A stretch of DNA of 63,046 bases, the filler included, from Neoconidiobolus thromboides FSU 785 (lineage: Eukaryota; Fungi; Entomophthoromycota): the NCBI GenBank assembly GCA_025603075.1. It is 10 parts of 10 records of this genome, joined end to end, with 100 filler letters (N's around TTAATTAATTAA, not from the genome) between each part and the next. Parts side by side here need not be neighbours in the genome. Positions count along the whole stretch, not along the records: positions 7,453 to 13,937 come from MU626729.1; positions 14,038 to 33,016 come from MU626564.1; 8 more parts are not named here. One strand, written 5' to 3'. The notes under the pieces are model-generated. The model had not been told where the DNA came from and made no database searches. It worked only from the letters and a program-made list of their open reading frames with translations. The position numbers and the translations under genes were made by a program. Positions 12,431 to 23,673 of the stretch are shown piece after piece; within the stretch, counting starts at the first letter, position 1; every line of letters begins with the position of its first letter.

Positions 12431-12844
12431 TTTTTAAAATAAAAAAGTTTAAATATAGAAAACATATAAAAAAAATTAAAAAAATAAAAAGAGCTTGATA
12501 TTTTATTTACATTCAATTACTGATGGCTAAAAATAATGATTTTGTGGCATGAAATTAAATTTAATATTAACAAGCTTATTACGGTATTTAGTCAATACTT
12601 TTGGACTATTATAGCTGTACTTTTGAGTCTTGAGATACTCATTCTATTCCCATATGTTATATTGCTAGAAGGAAATAGGATCATTCTATAGGCTATAAGG
12701 TGGGGATGATAAAAAGAAAGGCATCTTGTACTGTTTGTTGAAGCCTAAACTTTTGATATTTTAAAAATCAATAGAAAAAAATGCTTTTGATTGAATTTTA
12801 ACTTTATTAAGTTGAAGACAACAATATTTAAAATGTGCTTAAAT

Positions 12845-12930
12845 ATATGTGGATGCTTTTTAAATTTCTTTTTCATTTTTAAGTGTTATTTGAGTGGAAA
12901 GATAGCAAAGTTCAAAAATATATTTCCATA
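12845..12930 (+). mobile_element. Degenerate, shortened MITE-like copy
   Basis: ATATGTGGATGCTTTTT...AAGTGTTATTTGAGTGGAAAGA...AAAAATATATTTCCATA. Confidence 0.6.
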
Positions 12931-12999
12931 AAACGATCTGATTGCTTATTCAATTAAATTTATATAATTTTTTTAGTTTTAGAGTTCAATGATCAGATT

Positions 13000-13072
13000 G
13001 GGGAACTAGCTCAGATGGTAGAGCGCTCGCTTAGCATGCGAGAGGCACCGGGATCGATGCCCGGGTTCTCCA
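13000..13072 (+). tRNA. tRNA-Ala(AGC)
   Basis: GGGGAACTAGCTCAGATGGTAGAGCGCTCGCTTAGCATGCGAGAGGCACCGGGATCGATGCCCGGGTTCTCCA; T-run terminator ~18 nt downstream. Confidence 0.97.
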
Positions 13073-13722
13073 ATAATAATTCCTTTCAATTTTATTTTTC
13101 TCAACTTCATATAAATTTGGTATTGAAAATCAATTCTATTCGATTCTCTAACAACTAATACTATTTTTGTTAAAATAAAAATAAAAGTACTTTTAATATA
13201 CGGTTTCTTCGTATAGTGAAATATTAACCATAAAGGCTTAAAACATAAAACATCATTAGTCATATTCACAATATTATTCAAATAAAACACGTTCATATTA
13301 AATTTATAAATATTTCATAGCTTGCACATTACTATAAATCATACTTTTATGTTTGTATTCCTTTTTGATTCTTTTTTCAATTAAATAATTAATTAAATGG
13401 GGTAAATTTAAAAACTAGTGCTGTTAGTTTCCAAAAAAAGAATCAAAGATGGACTAAACTTTAATATACACAAATAAAAATAAAATACATTATAATAATA
13501 CCAATAAAACTAAAATCGAAATGCTATTTTATTACGGATATTGGAGAATATGAAGCTGAAAATAAGCTAATTTTATAACGGTTTTTTTACTAATTTAGCT
13601 CGAGATTGAAAAAACAAACTCATTTTTCCAAGTGGAGTGTAAAAATGGAATAAAATATAAATTAAGTGATTAAGTTAAAAATAAATTAAATACAACCAAA
13701 ATATTAAATTCAACAATTAAAA

Positions 13723-13937
13723 ATGAAATCTACTACTGTAATTAGTATCATAGTGTCCTCTTTAATCCCTTCTGTTATTTCCATTCCCACTCCTATTCCT
13801 AATGATGACTATGCTGTAACTACTCCTTCTTATCAAACTACCGATTATTCTAATGCTTACAATACTGGTAAAATAAATGATTACTCGAATAGCAATAATA
13901 ATGCCTATGGCGATAGTTACAATACTAGCTATAACAA
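13723..13937 (+). CDS. Secreted Tyr/Asn/Ser/Thr-rich protein, 3'-truncated (copy 2, identical)
   Basis: Same translation as 7453-7667. Confidence 0.7.
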
Positions 13938-14127
13938 NNNNNNNNNNNNNNNNNNNNNNNNNNNNNNNNNNNNNNNNNNNNTTAATTAATTAANNNNNNN
14001 NNNNNNNNNNNNNNNNNNNNNNNNNNNNNNNNNNNNNTTGAGTTAAATTTTATTTATTATACAAGTCCTTTTATTTTTTATTTTTTATTTTTTCCTTTCC
14101 TTACAATATCTTTGTCAAGCATCTAAT

Positions 14128-14232
14128 ATATGAAGATGTTTTTTTGATTTCACTACTTTTTCCATCTTTTAAGCGTTATTTGAGTGGAAAATTTGTTAGT
14201 AAATTCTTAAATGAAAAAATACATCCCCATAT
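14128..14232 (+). mobile_element. ~100-bp MITE-like element
   Basis: ATAT-GAAGATGTTTTTTTG...AAAATACATCCCC-ATAT. Confidence 0.85.
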
Positions 14233-14851
14233 TATTTTTTTCTTAAATAACAATAAAACATTTAAAAGTTCAAAGTATTTTTAAGATTTTCAAAAAAAAA
14301 CCATTTATTAAAAAACCGAAATATTTATTAAAATTTAACCAAATATAGTAAGTAAGGTTTTTCAAATATTACACTAAGTTATTAAATTGAATTTCATAAT
14401 GTTAAAAATAACATAAAATACTTTTAAATTTTTATTTTTAGGATTAATTAATTAGCTATAAAATCGTGATAATATTGAGAACAATTATTAATAAAATGAT
14501 TCAAATCAAAAGTCAATTAAAGAATTATTAAAATTAAACAATTTAAAGCAATATTTCTATACTTGTTTATTTTATAACATTAATTTTAAATATGTATTTT
14601 ATAACAAAAGTGAAAGAGTGGTGAACTTAATTTGATCATTTTTATATTATTTGAAGAACTGTTTAAAACACTAATAAATGAAACTTCTAAAATGCGGTTC
14701 CTAAATTAAGAAACTTTTGAGAAATTAGAAGTTTGTAAATGCATCAAGTTCATTTATTAGTTATTCTAGTAATATGAACCAAAAATTAAGTATATAAGCA
14801 AAAGATAGAATCATTCTATTAATTATAACAATTTAATAATTTTACTAAAGA

Positions 14852-15454
14852 ATGGTTAATAAAATACACTATGGCTACTCGGAACTACCAACGATAAATG
14901 AAAAGGAAGAAGATGCTTTAATGATTTATCTAAAAAGTATAGGTCATGAAGCATTATATCCAACAATATCTAAAGTATTTAAAGATGTAACCCCCAATAA
15001 AATACAAAATACATTAAAAGAAGTGAATCAATTTATATGTCAAGAACAAAATAACAAAAAAGGACTACGAGCCAGTTTAGATAATATGAAAAATAAGTTA
15101 TTAAAGCCAATAAAGAAGAAGTTAAGTTTGGATCATATCACTTCAAATTATCAAGAGGTTAAATCTCTTTCAAATGCCAATAATTGTACTAAAAGAATTC
15201 CAAATGGTTCCTTGAGTATAACGTCCAGTTATGGTCCACTTAGTCCAGAAACATTGTCTGCTCCTAATACCCCATTAACTAAAGAATTATCCAGTCCAAA
15301 TTTGAGTTTTATTCAATCTCCAACGTCACTAAATGAGAGTGTAAATTTATGTATAATACAAGATCAATCGAACTTCAACTCCCCTTATTTAACTTCTCCA
15401 ACTTCGGTTAAATATTCTTTAGAAGAGGCTAGAAAGCGACTTAATCGTAGCTAA
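14852..15454 (+). CDS. Hypothetical protein, 200 aa, with N-terminal motif shared with its convergent neighbour and an S/P/T-rich C-terminus
   Basis: Intact ATG-to-TAA ORF with TATA-like sequence at ~14790; LMIYLKSIGHEALYPTISKVFKD matches the neighbour. Confidence 0.75.
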   Translation: MVNKIHYGYSELPTINEKEEDALMIYLKSIGHEALYPTISKVFKDVTPNKIQNTLKEVNQFICQEQNNKKGLRASLDNMKNKLLKPIKKKLSLDHITSNYQEVKSLSNANNCTKRIPNGSLSITSSYGPLSPETLSAPNTPLTKELSSPNLSFIQSPTSLNESVNLCIIQDQSNFNSPYLTSPTSVKYSLEEARKRLNRS

Positions 15455-16017
15455 TTTAAATTGAAAAACATGAAATCTTTTTTTATTTATAATTTAATTA
15501 AAATTCAAATTAAAAATTTCAAATATTTTAATTAGTTGATTTTAGTCGCGTGTTTACTTTCTATATTTATCAAAATTTCTCAATTTTGAATTTTGAATTA
15601 GGAGTTGATTCCAAATAATAATTATAAAATTTTAATATTTATAAGTATAATTCCATTATTAAATGAAAAGGTGGGGTGTTACTTACATCTCTGAATACTC
15701 AAAATAAATTCATTGGTAATCATAAAGTAATTGCTTTTTTATGTTGGGTGAAATAGTAGTACTAATAACAATATTAATCTTTTCAAAATTTTAAATATTG
15801 ATATATTAATATATTGATATTTAATAATACTTTAGAAGTCCCTAATTATAGCATTAAATTAATTTAAAACCTATATTAATTATAAAAAAATAGTTTATTA
15901 ACTTTAAAAGTATAATAAACTACTAAACATAAAAAAGTAAAGGTATAAAACAAACTATTTATTAATCTATAGAATAGTGAATAAAAAAGTGGGAAATCCA
16001 AGGGAAGCAATGACACA

Positions 16018-16407
16018 TTAAAAGTTGAGTTTATGAATCAAGTTAAACGATTGAGGTCCACTAACACAATGACAATTGGGCACATTTTTACAAGAAGCAT
16101 AATCAAAATCCACTTTTTTAACATCCTTTTTTACTTTTCGATTGAAATAGAATTTTACTCCTTTACTTATTGAATTGATATACGATTTCAATTTGTTATT
16201 TAAAGCGGAGGGTATCTTTTCTTTTTTAATAGCATGATATTTAGTTAGTTGATCTAAAGCTACTCGAATTTCATGATTCCCTAAATCTACAAAAACTTTG
16301 GATAATTCAGGGTATAAATCTAAGTAACCAGTACTCATTAAATATAATAAAAGCTGACTGTCTTGTTCATCGTTTGTATTGGATAATTCAACTGGATTAT
16401 CGCACAT
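16018..16407 (-). CDS. Hypothetical protein, 129 aa, paralogous N-terminal motif
   Basis: LLLYLMSTGYLDLYPELSKVFVD; a probable 5'-UTR intron lies just upstream (GTGAGT ~16494 to TTTTAAG ~16409). Confidence 0.7.
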   Translation of the reverse strand: MCDNPVELSNTNDEQDSQLLLYLMSTGYLDLYPELSKVFVDLGNHEIRVALDQLTKYHAIKKEKIPSALNNKLKSYINSISKGVKFYFNRKVKKDVKKVDFDYASCKNVPNCHCVSGPQSFNLIHKLNF

Positions 16408-17089
16408 ACTTAAAATAAGATAAGAAATAAATAAATAAAAATTACAAAAAATTAAAAGTTAAAATTTGCTTTTTCAAACCTTTTATTCACTCACCTTTTA
16501 AATGTTTTGAAACAGGTTTGTTTTAACACTACTAAATGATTTAGTCGATGTAAGATTACTATTTCAGTTGACTCGGAATTTTATTGATTTATTTATTTTT
16601 AGTTAGTAAGATTTAAATGCACCCATTATTAATTAGTATTCTCTTATAATGCTGATTCTATTTTTAAAAGTGTTTTAATAATAACAATACTATAAAAAGT
16701 AGGATAATAGAAGTATAAAATATTAGTCGATATTCTATATTAAATGTTTGTTTTTTGTAGTTCCATTACTACTGTCATTACTAACGCAATTGGAATCACT
16801 TCAGTTACGTTAATCTTTATTTTTAACAAACTTTAGAATTGTTTTTTTCTTATTAACTTAAACTTTATTTAATAACTCCCATTTTTCTTAACTCTCGAAA
16901 TTGATTTTTCAAACATAATAATGTTTGAAATCAACTTGTTTTCTCAGTTTAATTAAATATAGTATTTTTACCTCCTTTTGAGTTAATATCAGTAAATTTA
17001 ATAATTAGAGAAAAAAAATTAGCATCTCAAACTAGTATTATTGTCATTATTGTTTATTAATCTTAATGTCAAGGCTTTAACAATATCGG

Positions 17090-17191
17090 TATAAGGATGT
17101 TTTTTTTGTTTCAGCACTTTTTTCATTTTTTAAGTGCTATTTGTGCAGGAAAATTGCTAGTAAAAACCTTAAACAAGAATAGATCCCATAT
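17090..17191 (+). mobile_element. ~100-bp MITE-like element
   Basis: AGGATGTTTTTTTTG...AAGTGCTATTTG...GATCCCATAT. Confidence 0.75.
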
Positions 17192-17479
17192 TTTCTGAAA
17201 AATTACTATTTTATAAAAAAAACTCATTATCTCAAACTAATGTTAATCATTTAACAGTATTTTGTCTAAATAGTAAACAGAGGCCTTTCGATGTTTTATA
17301 TAAATAGTAATTTTCTTTTGAAATGAAAATAGTATTTAAGATAAATAAACTTATTAAAGTATTTTCAACTGATAAAGGCAGATAAGAGGGCTATTTTAAG
17401 CAATAAGTTTGCTCTTTTTTGTAATTTTAATGAAATTTGATTTATTCTGCTTAAGAAATAGATAAAGAGATGAGATGTA

Positions 17480-19523
17480 AGCGCTGGATTTCCATAGTTA
17501 ATAAAGCTCAAATCAGTTTTCAGTAATAGAAACTTTGATAGCCTCAGCAAATTGAGTGGTACTAAAGTTCCTATAATTTATTTTCTTTTCGATATTTCTT
17601 TTAAAAGTAAAATTTTTTGTTAAATTTGTACTAAATATAGTTCCATCCAAGCCAAGCTAAATAAATGAAAATAGACGAATTTTAGCTTGATTAAAAAAGA
17701 CTTACATCCCATCAATATGAGCTCTAGATCTCATTAAAAGAGGATGAAATTAAAATTAGTTTTAAATTTCCTATCTTGTAACCATCTTCAAGGATCAAAG
17801 CATTTGTGTTTTTCCATAACGAGGGTAAATTGTGTAAAGAGTTAATATTCATTCCAAGAATAACCTAGGAGACATTGTTAATTTTGTTTAATTTTATAAT
17901 TGATTTTACCTCTTCTTATATATAATAACTATCAACTACTTTACCTTCTTTAGGTACAACCCTTGTTAGAGCGCCACCAGTCATTAGTAAGCTTACTAAG
18001 CCTTCATGAGTTATTGCATTAAGATAATGACATTCTGACTTACATTTAGTATAAATAGTCGAATTTTTGTCTGGAAATATTATAAGTATTTCTTTTTTGG
18101 CTTTTTATATACTTATAGATTACTAATTAATAAATAAAATATTCTAATTGCATCAGTTTGATTATATCAATAATCGATTATACTAAATTACCATGTAAGT
18201 GAGTTTAAAGTAATATCAGCCCTAGTACCACTTCAAATCATTTGGTTAAAATAGCTTAATAATTTAAGGAACAGAATCGCATTTATAAAATCAATTCTTC
18301 ACCTATATCTTTATCACTCAAATGATTTTCAGTATCTGGATCCATCACTTTAAGAAAAGTACTTAAGATAATAGCTCTATCTAGATTATTTCTAGCATCT
18401 TTTATTATTTGATATGCGAACCAAATACGATTAAGTAAATTCAATAATTTTATCACCAGTTAATACCTCATATAATTTTCTAATGCCATCAAATTGACAG
18501 TGTTTCATAAATGTAAACATAAATACCTAGTATTGTCTAAATATTGCAACTTAAAAATGGAGGATAAACCATACCACAAGGCTATAATTGGAAGTATTAT
18601 GTACTCATCTTACTGCTAGATGATGACCATTCTTTAGGATACTAAACGGTTTTCCAAATGCCAAGCTGCTAATTACATCATAATAATCATATTAGTATAG
18701 ATATGGGCTATTTCATAAATAATTTACAAAAGTAAAGTAACGAAAATAAAGACCAGTATCTAACCTTTGACCTTAAGTTGCAAGTCTATCTACCTTATTT
18801 ACAAAAGCGCATACATCTTTTTTGACTAAGTACTTTATGATTTTTATTTCCTTTCCCTAAAAAGACGGAGAAACAATTTTTTTGTAACTATTAACCACTA
18901 ATTCATAAAACGTTCAAAATATTACTCACTAGTGAAAATCTCTTTGTCTTTTTCACATTTTATTTATTATCTAGTACTAAAAATAGTTTCTTCTGCTATA
19001 TGAAAAACATCACAAGTTTCATATTTTATGTAGGTATGAGTTAAGTGTATCTCTTTTAACGTTAAATCAGAAGAAGATGAGATCCCATTCCAATCTAGTT
19101 TCATCATCCTTATTATTATAATACCTAATTTTAACTTTGATGCTTACTTAATTTTACTACATTCCCATATTTACTATGCAAATTGAGAGCATACTCTGGA
19201 AAGGCACCATCTATCATATAAAACCTACTTATGAAGGGGAATATTAAGTTAATTAAAGGACCAGATATTTCCCTCAATAGGCTAAAACATACGTCATATG
19301 TGGATGTTTTTTTTGGCTTCATCGTTTTTTCCATCTTTTAAGCGCCATTCGAGTAGAATAATTATTAGCAAAATTCTCAAATATAAAAACACATTCTCAT
19401 ATATAGCCTTTAAATACGAAATTATAACATCCTCTTAACATTTAAGTAATAATCTACTTTATAACCATAGTACGAAAAAAGTGTTGTAAGGATATAATTC
19501 AATACTAGAATTAAGCTAGACAT
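17480..19523 (-). pseudogene. Cytochrome P450 pseudogene with MITE insertion; 3' boundary approximate
   Basis: Minus-strand fragments: MSSLILVLNYILTTLFSYYGYK, IYDVCFSLLREISGP, LHSKYGNVVKL, YDVISSLAFGKPF, KVMDPDTENHLSDKDIGEE, YLNAITHEGL (ExxR lost), RVVPKEG, FDP*RWL, SRAHI (heme Cys lost), LAWMELYL. Many stops and frameshifts. Confidence 0.85.
19296..19402 (+). mobile_element. MITE-like element inserted in P450 exon 2, flanked by ATAT/ATAT
   Basis: ATAT-GTGGATGTTTTTTTTGG...AAAAACACATTCTC-ATAT; removing the core plus one ATAT restores the frame A-I-Y-D. Confidence 0.87.
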
Positions 19524-20502
19524 TTTTTAAAATTATGTTCATGTTTTTTTCTCCTTTATACATGGTTCTCAAAATTAATATAGCTCTTTTTATAGCTGTC
19601 ATAGATTTCGATTTTATTTTATTGTATTTTCCGATTTTTCATATTGGAAATTTTAAAAAAATTAGTAAAAAAATGAATATGGATCAATTCTTTAGCTAGC
19701 TTTGATTAAAGTTTAAACTTAGAAAATCTATAAGTTTAGTGAAAAATAGCAGAAATAAAACGCTGGAGGGATGTATATTTTATCTCATTATTTACTCTAT
19801 TTTTCAAATACTTTGGAACTTAAAATACTATTCATTTTATTCGATAGAAATAAATATGTCCTCCATTTTCTTAGTGTCTACACTTAACTGATCGTTTTTA
19901 CAATAGACATTAAAATTGGAAAAGAGCTAAGCCTTAAGTTTAGTTTTACCAACATTAGGAACAGTAAAATAGATATGTCATAAAGTCTTTATTATTCTTG
20001 ATTTAAATATTTGTTTTGTAAATGTGTTAAAAATATATTTGTTTTTTATTAGTATAAAGAGTTCAAATTATCTTTTTAAATTTTAGTATTTTTTTCCTAA
20101 ACTTTTATCATTGCTATTCAACTGAATTACTTTCACACTGAAGTCACAAATCATAGTAGTAAAATTTTAATTCTTTTTCAAGGCATTTATATATTTTATA
20201 GATGTTGTAACCCTCTTAAGACTAATTAGCTGCCCACTAAAGGGGAAAAAATTATGCTAAAATTATGTAAAAATTTAACTAAAATATAACAATGAGCTTC
20301 TAAAAAACTAGTTATACAAATAATTTGATTATATAAAATATCTCTAAAAGCCACAAAAGGATTGGAGCAGCTATAGTTCTCTCACTTAATCGCAATTAGA
20401 AGCTTTACTAACTATGAAGCTTAAATGTCTATTTCCTGTTTATAAAAATAATGAATTTGATACAAATTGGTATATGTTTATTAATATTACTAAATTGCCT
20501 AT

Positions 20503-20606
20503 ATATGAGGATGTATTTTTGTTTAAGAATTTTACTAACAAATTTTCCGCTTAAATAACTCTTAAAAATGGAAAAAGCAATGAAGTCAAAAAAAACATCA
20601 CCATAT
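20503..20606 (-). mobile_element. ~100-bp MITE-like element
   Basis: ATAT-GAGGATGTATTTTTG...AAAAAAAACATCACC-ATAT. Confidence 0.85.
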
Positions 20607-21199
20607 ACTGTTGTTTCAGTATTAATACCTTCATTGATTTATGAGTTTTTAATAAAAATAAACTAGAGTTTTATTATATGATCAATTCTAAATAAAATCG
20701 TATTATTTTTTATTTTTATTTTTCATTTTCTAACACCTTTTTAACTTTTTCAAAAATGGTTACCAGAATCTTGCCTATTATATATAAATGCTCACGAAAC
20801 AGTAGGAAATTAACGATAGATAAAAACTCTGTTAAATTTAATTAAAACTTTAGTTTATTAAGTATAGCTTGGCTCAAAACAGTAGTACTTGGATTCATTT
20901 ATCTATAAATAATAAACAAATGCTATAACTTCAAGATTATACTTCCTTAACTTTGTTACTATAGTAAAAGGATACGAACAACGAATAGTGTAAAAAACAA
21001 GAAATAAATCTTATTATTAAAAAGATTATTCCATTTGACTCTCCCTTTTCAAATTCAGATATTAAATTAGCTATACGCTTAAAACTTGTACCAACTAAAT
21101 GACCTTCATTGTAATTTAAATATAATAACAAACAGCTTGATGTTTACTCTTTTTAAGAAGAAAAGAAACTCACATTATCGGGCTAGACTTCACCTTTGA

Positions 21200-22520
21200 A
21201 TTGAGGTTATTAAAAAATACCATCAATTTAAGGGCTGTAATTTAATTGCGATAGATTATGTTATCATATCCTGGGTCATTTATTTTGAGCTATCTCCTCT
21301 TACTTAATCCAGAAACAAAAATATTTAAGGTCCTTGCAACACAAGAGAAAAATTACCTATTATTAGGTTCAACTCCTTTTTTTTCAAACCTAAGCATCAA
21401 AAATGATCATTAGAATAAAAGTTTATTGATTAAATAATTTGTATATTGTAATCTCAATAGAGTATGATATTATCTCCTAGATCATTTTATTTTAAAATAC
21501 CTCTAATTACTTGATCCAGAAATAAAAACACTTGGAAGTTACGCTTTGCCAGAGAAAAAAGTTCACATTGTTTTACCAAACTCTCTCCTTTAAATAAGAC
21601 TATTAAAAAAGATCATTAGGGCAAATCTATATTAATTAAAGAATATATTTGTACATTTAATATATCATAATATTAAACTTCTAAGTCATCTTTTCAACAC
21701 GCCTCCTATTTTATAATCTAAGTAGAAAAAAGCTGAAACCCAAAGTTTAACAATGATAATAATTGACTAGGAAGAATCCTATCTCTTAAATGCCAAACAT
21801 AGTAAATGATCATTAATATAAAATACATATCACTCGATTAATTTATATTGGAATTTTAATAGATCATAATCAAGTCTTCTTAGATCATTTTTATGAAGTA
21901 CCTTTAACCCCTTGATTTAATGAGATATACTGACCTTCTGACATTAATCATAAAGAAAATGAAATAACACCAAAGGCTCACTCTTTTAAAACAAATTGTT
22001 GATTATTCAATTTATATTGTAGCTTTAATAGGTTATAACAAAAGCTATTAAGCCATTCTTTTGAACTACCTTCTATTCCTTCATCCACAAGCAAAAGCAG
22101 CTAGAATTTATACCTTTCAAATAAAAAATAAGTTCAGATTATTCAACTAAATTTCTCCCTTTAAAACAAAACCATTAAGAACAATTGTTAAAACAAATCT
22201 ATATTAATTATATAGTATATATTGTAGTTTTGATAAAGTATAAAGTTCTATCTTAAGCAACTTCTTTAAATCATTTCTTACTCCTCATTCTAGAAACAGA
22301 AACATTCAAGAGGTGTACATGCTTTATGAGAAAGAAAAAAGCTCACATTGTTATATTAACTCCCCTTTTTAAGATCCAAATATTACAGCAGATCACTAGT
22401 TTAAATGTTGTATCAACCAATTGTCATATTGGTATTTTCAATCTATTATTTTATTATCACAAGTATTTTATTTTATTACATCGCTTTTTAGATCCAAAAA
22501 AACAGAAAAATTCATCTTTT
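21200..22520. repeat. Degenerate tandem array, ~205-bp unit, ~6-7 units
   Basis: Recurrent anchor (GA/GT)TCATTTT(ATTTT)...GATCCAGAAA at 21276, 21482, 21686, 21885, 22053, ~22256 and ~22461 (spacings 206, 204, 199, 168, ~203, ~205). Confidence 0.7.
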
Positions 22521-22595
22521 AAATGTGACAGCAAATATTTAAAATGAGGCACTTGACATTAAATTTCTGATGCCTTAATATGGAAACAAAAGAGA

Positions 22596-22703
22596 GTATG
22601 GGGCTGTATTTTTGTGTTTAAGAATTTTGTTGATAATTTTTCCACTCAAATAGTGCTTAGAAGATGGAAAAAGTAATGAAGCCAGAAAAACATCTCTCTG
22701 TAT
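22596..22703 (-). mobile_element. ~100-bp MITE-like element
   Basis: TATGGGGCTGTATTTTTGTGTTTAAG...AGAAAAACATCTC. Confidence 0.8.
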
Positions 22704-23673
22704 GGTAAAGAAGGAAAAGTAGTGATAAAGAAAAATTGAAAAAATCGAGCTTTAAGCTTTAATTTATTATAGTAATAAATTGAAAAGTTATAGCATACTA
22801 AAAAAATAGAGAATGACGAAAAGAGCTTCCCAATAATATTAGGGATGTATAATAGGTTTGATAACATTTATAAAAAATATAACTATAAAACTAAGTCACT
22901 ATTATTTTTACTTTCATAAATTAAAATTTACATAAAAATATTAATTTCTCACTACCATTTTTTACAGCATAAAACAAGGGGCAACTGCAAGAATTTCATA
23001 AAAAGGGAGGTTTTCTTTTTTTTAAAATATAAAGGAGTGACAAAAAAATCCATTTTTCAATTTTAAAACTAGTATCCTCTCTACAATTAGAAATTGTACA
23101 GTCACATTTTACTATGTTACAATTTAAACGTAGATTGAGCATTTTATATTTTTATATTAAATTAATCCGAAAATAGAAAAAATTATAATAATTAAACTTA
23201 ATAAATACAACATAGAAAAGGCCTAATTTACGTTTAAATTGTATCAGTTGAATGAAACTTGATCAATAAAAAAGCAGCTAGCTTTTATTCACTGTAGAAA
23301 ATCATGATTTGGCATAAGACTAATTTAAGTAATATAAAATTGGAGCAATTAATATCATAATAGTTATTGACTTTATTCAGCTAGCTCCCAACTAGTCCAT
23401 TTGAAACCAAGTTAAGATCATAAGAATAAAAAGGGAGGATAGAAAGCTGAATAAGAGAGGAGAAACTTGAAAAGCGTGAGCAAGTATTAAAAATAATTAA
23501 AAATAATTAAAAGAAATCAAGTATGAGAAAAACAGAATAGTAACTAATATAAAAAAAATGGAATATAAATAAGATTCACAATACTACTCCTAAATCTAAC
23601 AAAAAAACAAATTATTAATTTTTTGTATCTTCATTGAATCATTTGCACTTAATCATATACAAATAAAAACATA

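Larger units (their letters stand above)
13000..13937 (+). repeat. Right arm of 938-bp inverted repeat bounding contig 3
   Basis: Reverse complement of 7453-8390. Confidence 0.93.

Noticed and set aside
19131-19334. ORF-track 67-aa protein MEKTMKPKK...
   Set aside because: Chimeric: its start comes from the MITE and the rest is P450 pseudogene exon. Similar MITE-derived ORFs at 6899, 22646, 40031 and 51573 are also spurious.
17480-19523. RIP-like mutation as the cause of pseudogene decay
   Set aside because: Without an intact reference the mutation spectrum cannot be read; the stops seen do not show a consistent CpA-to-TpA pattern.
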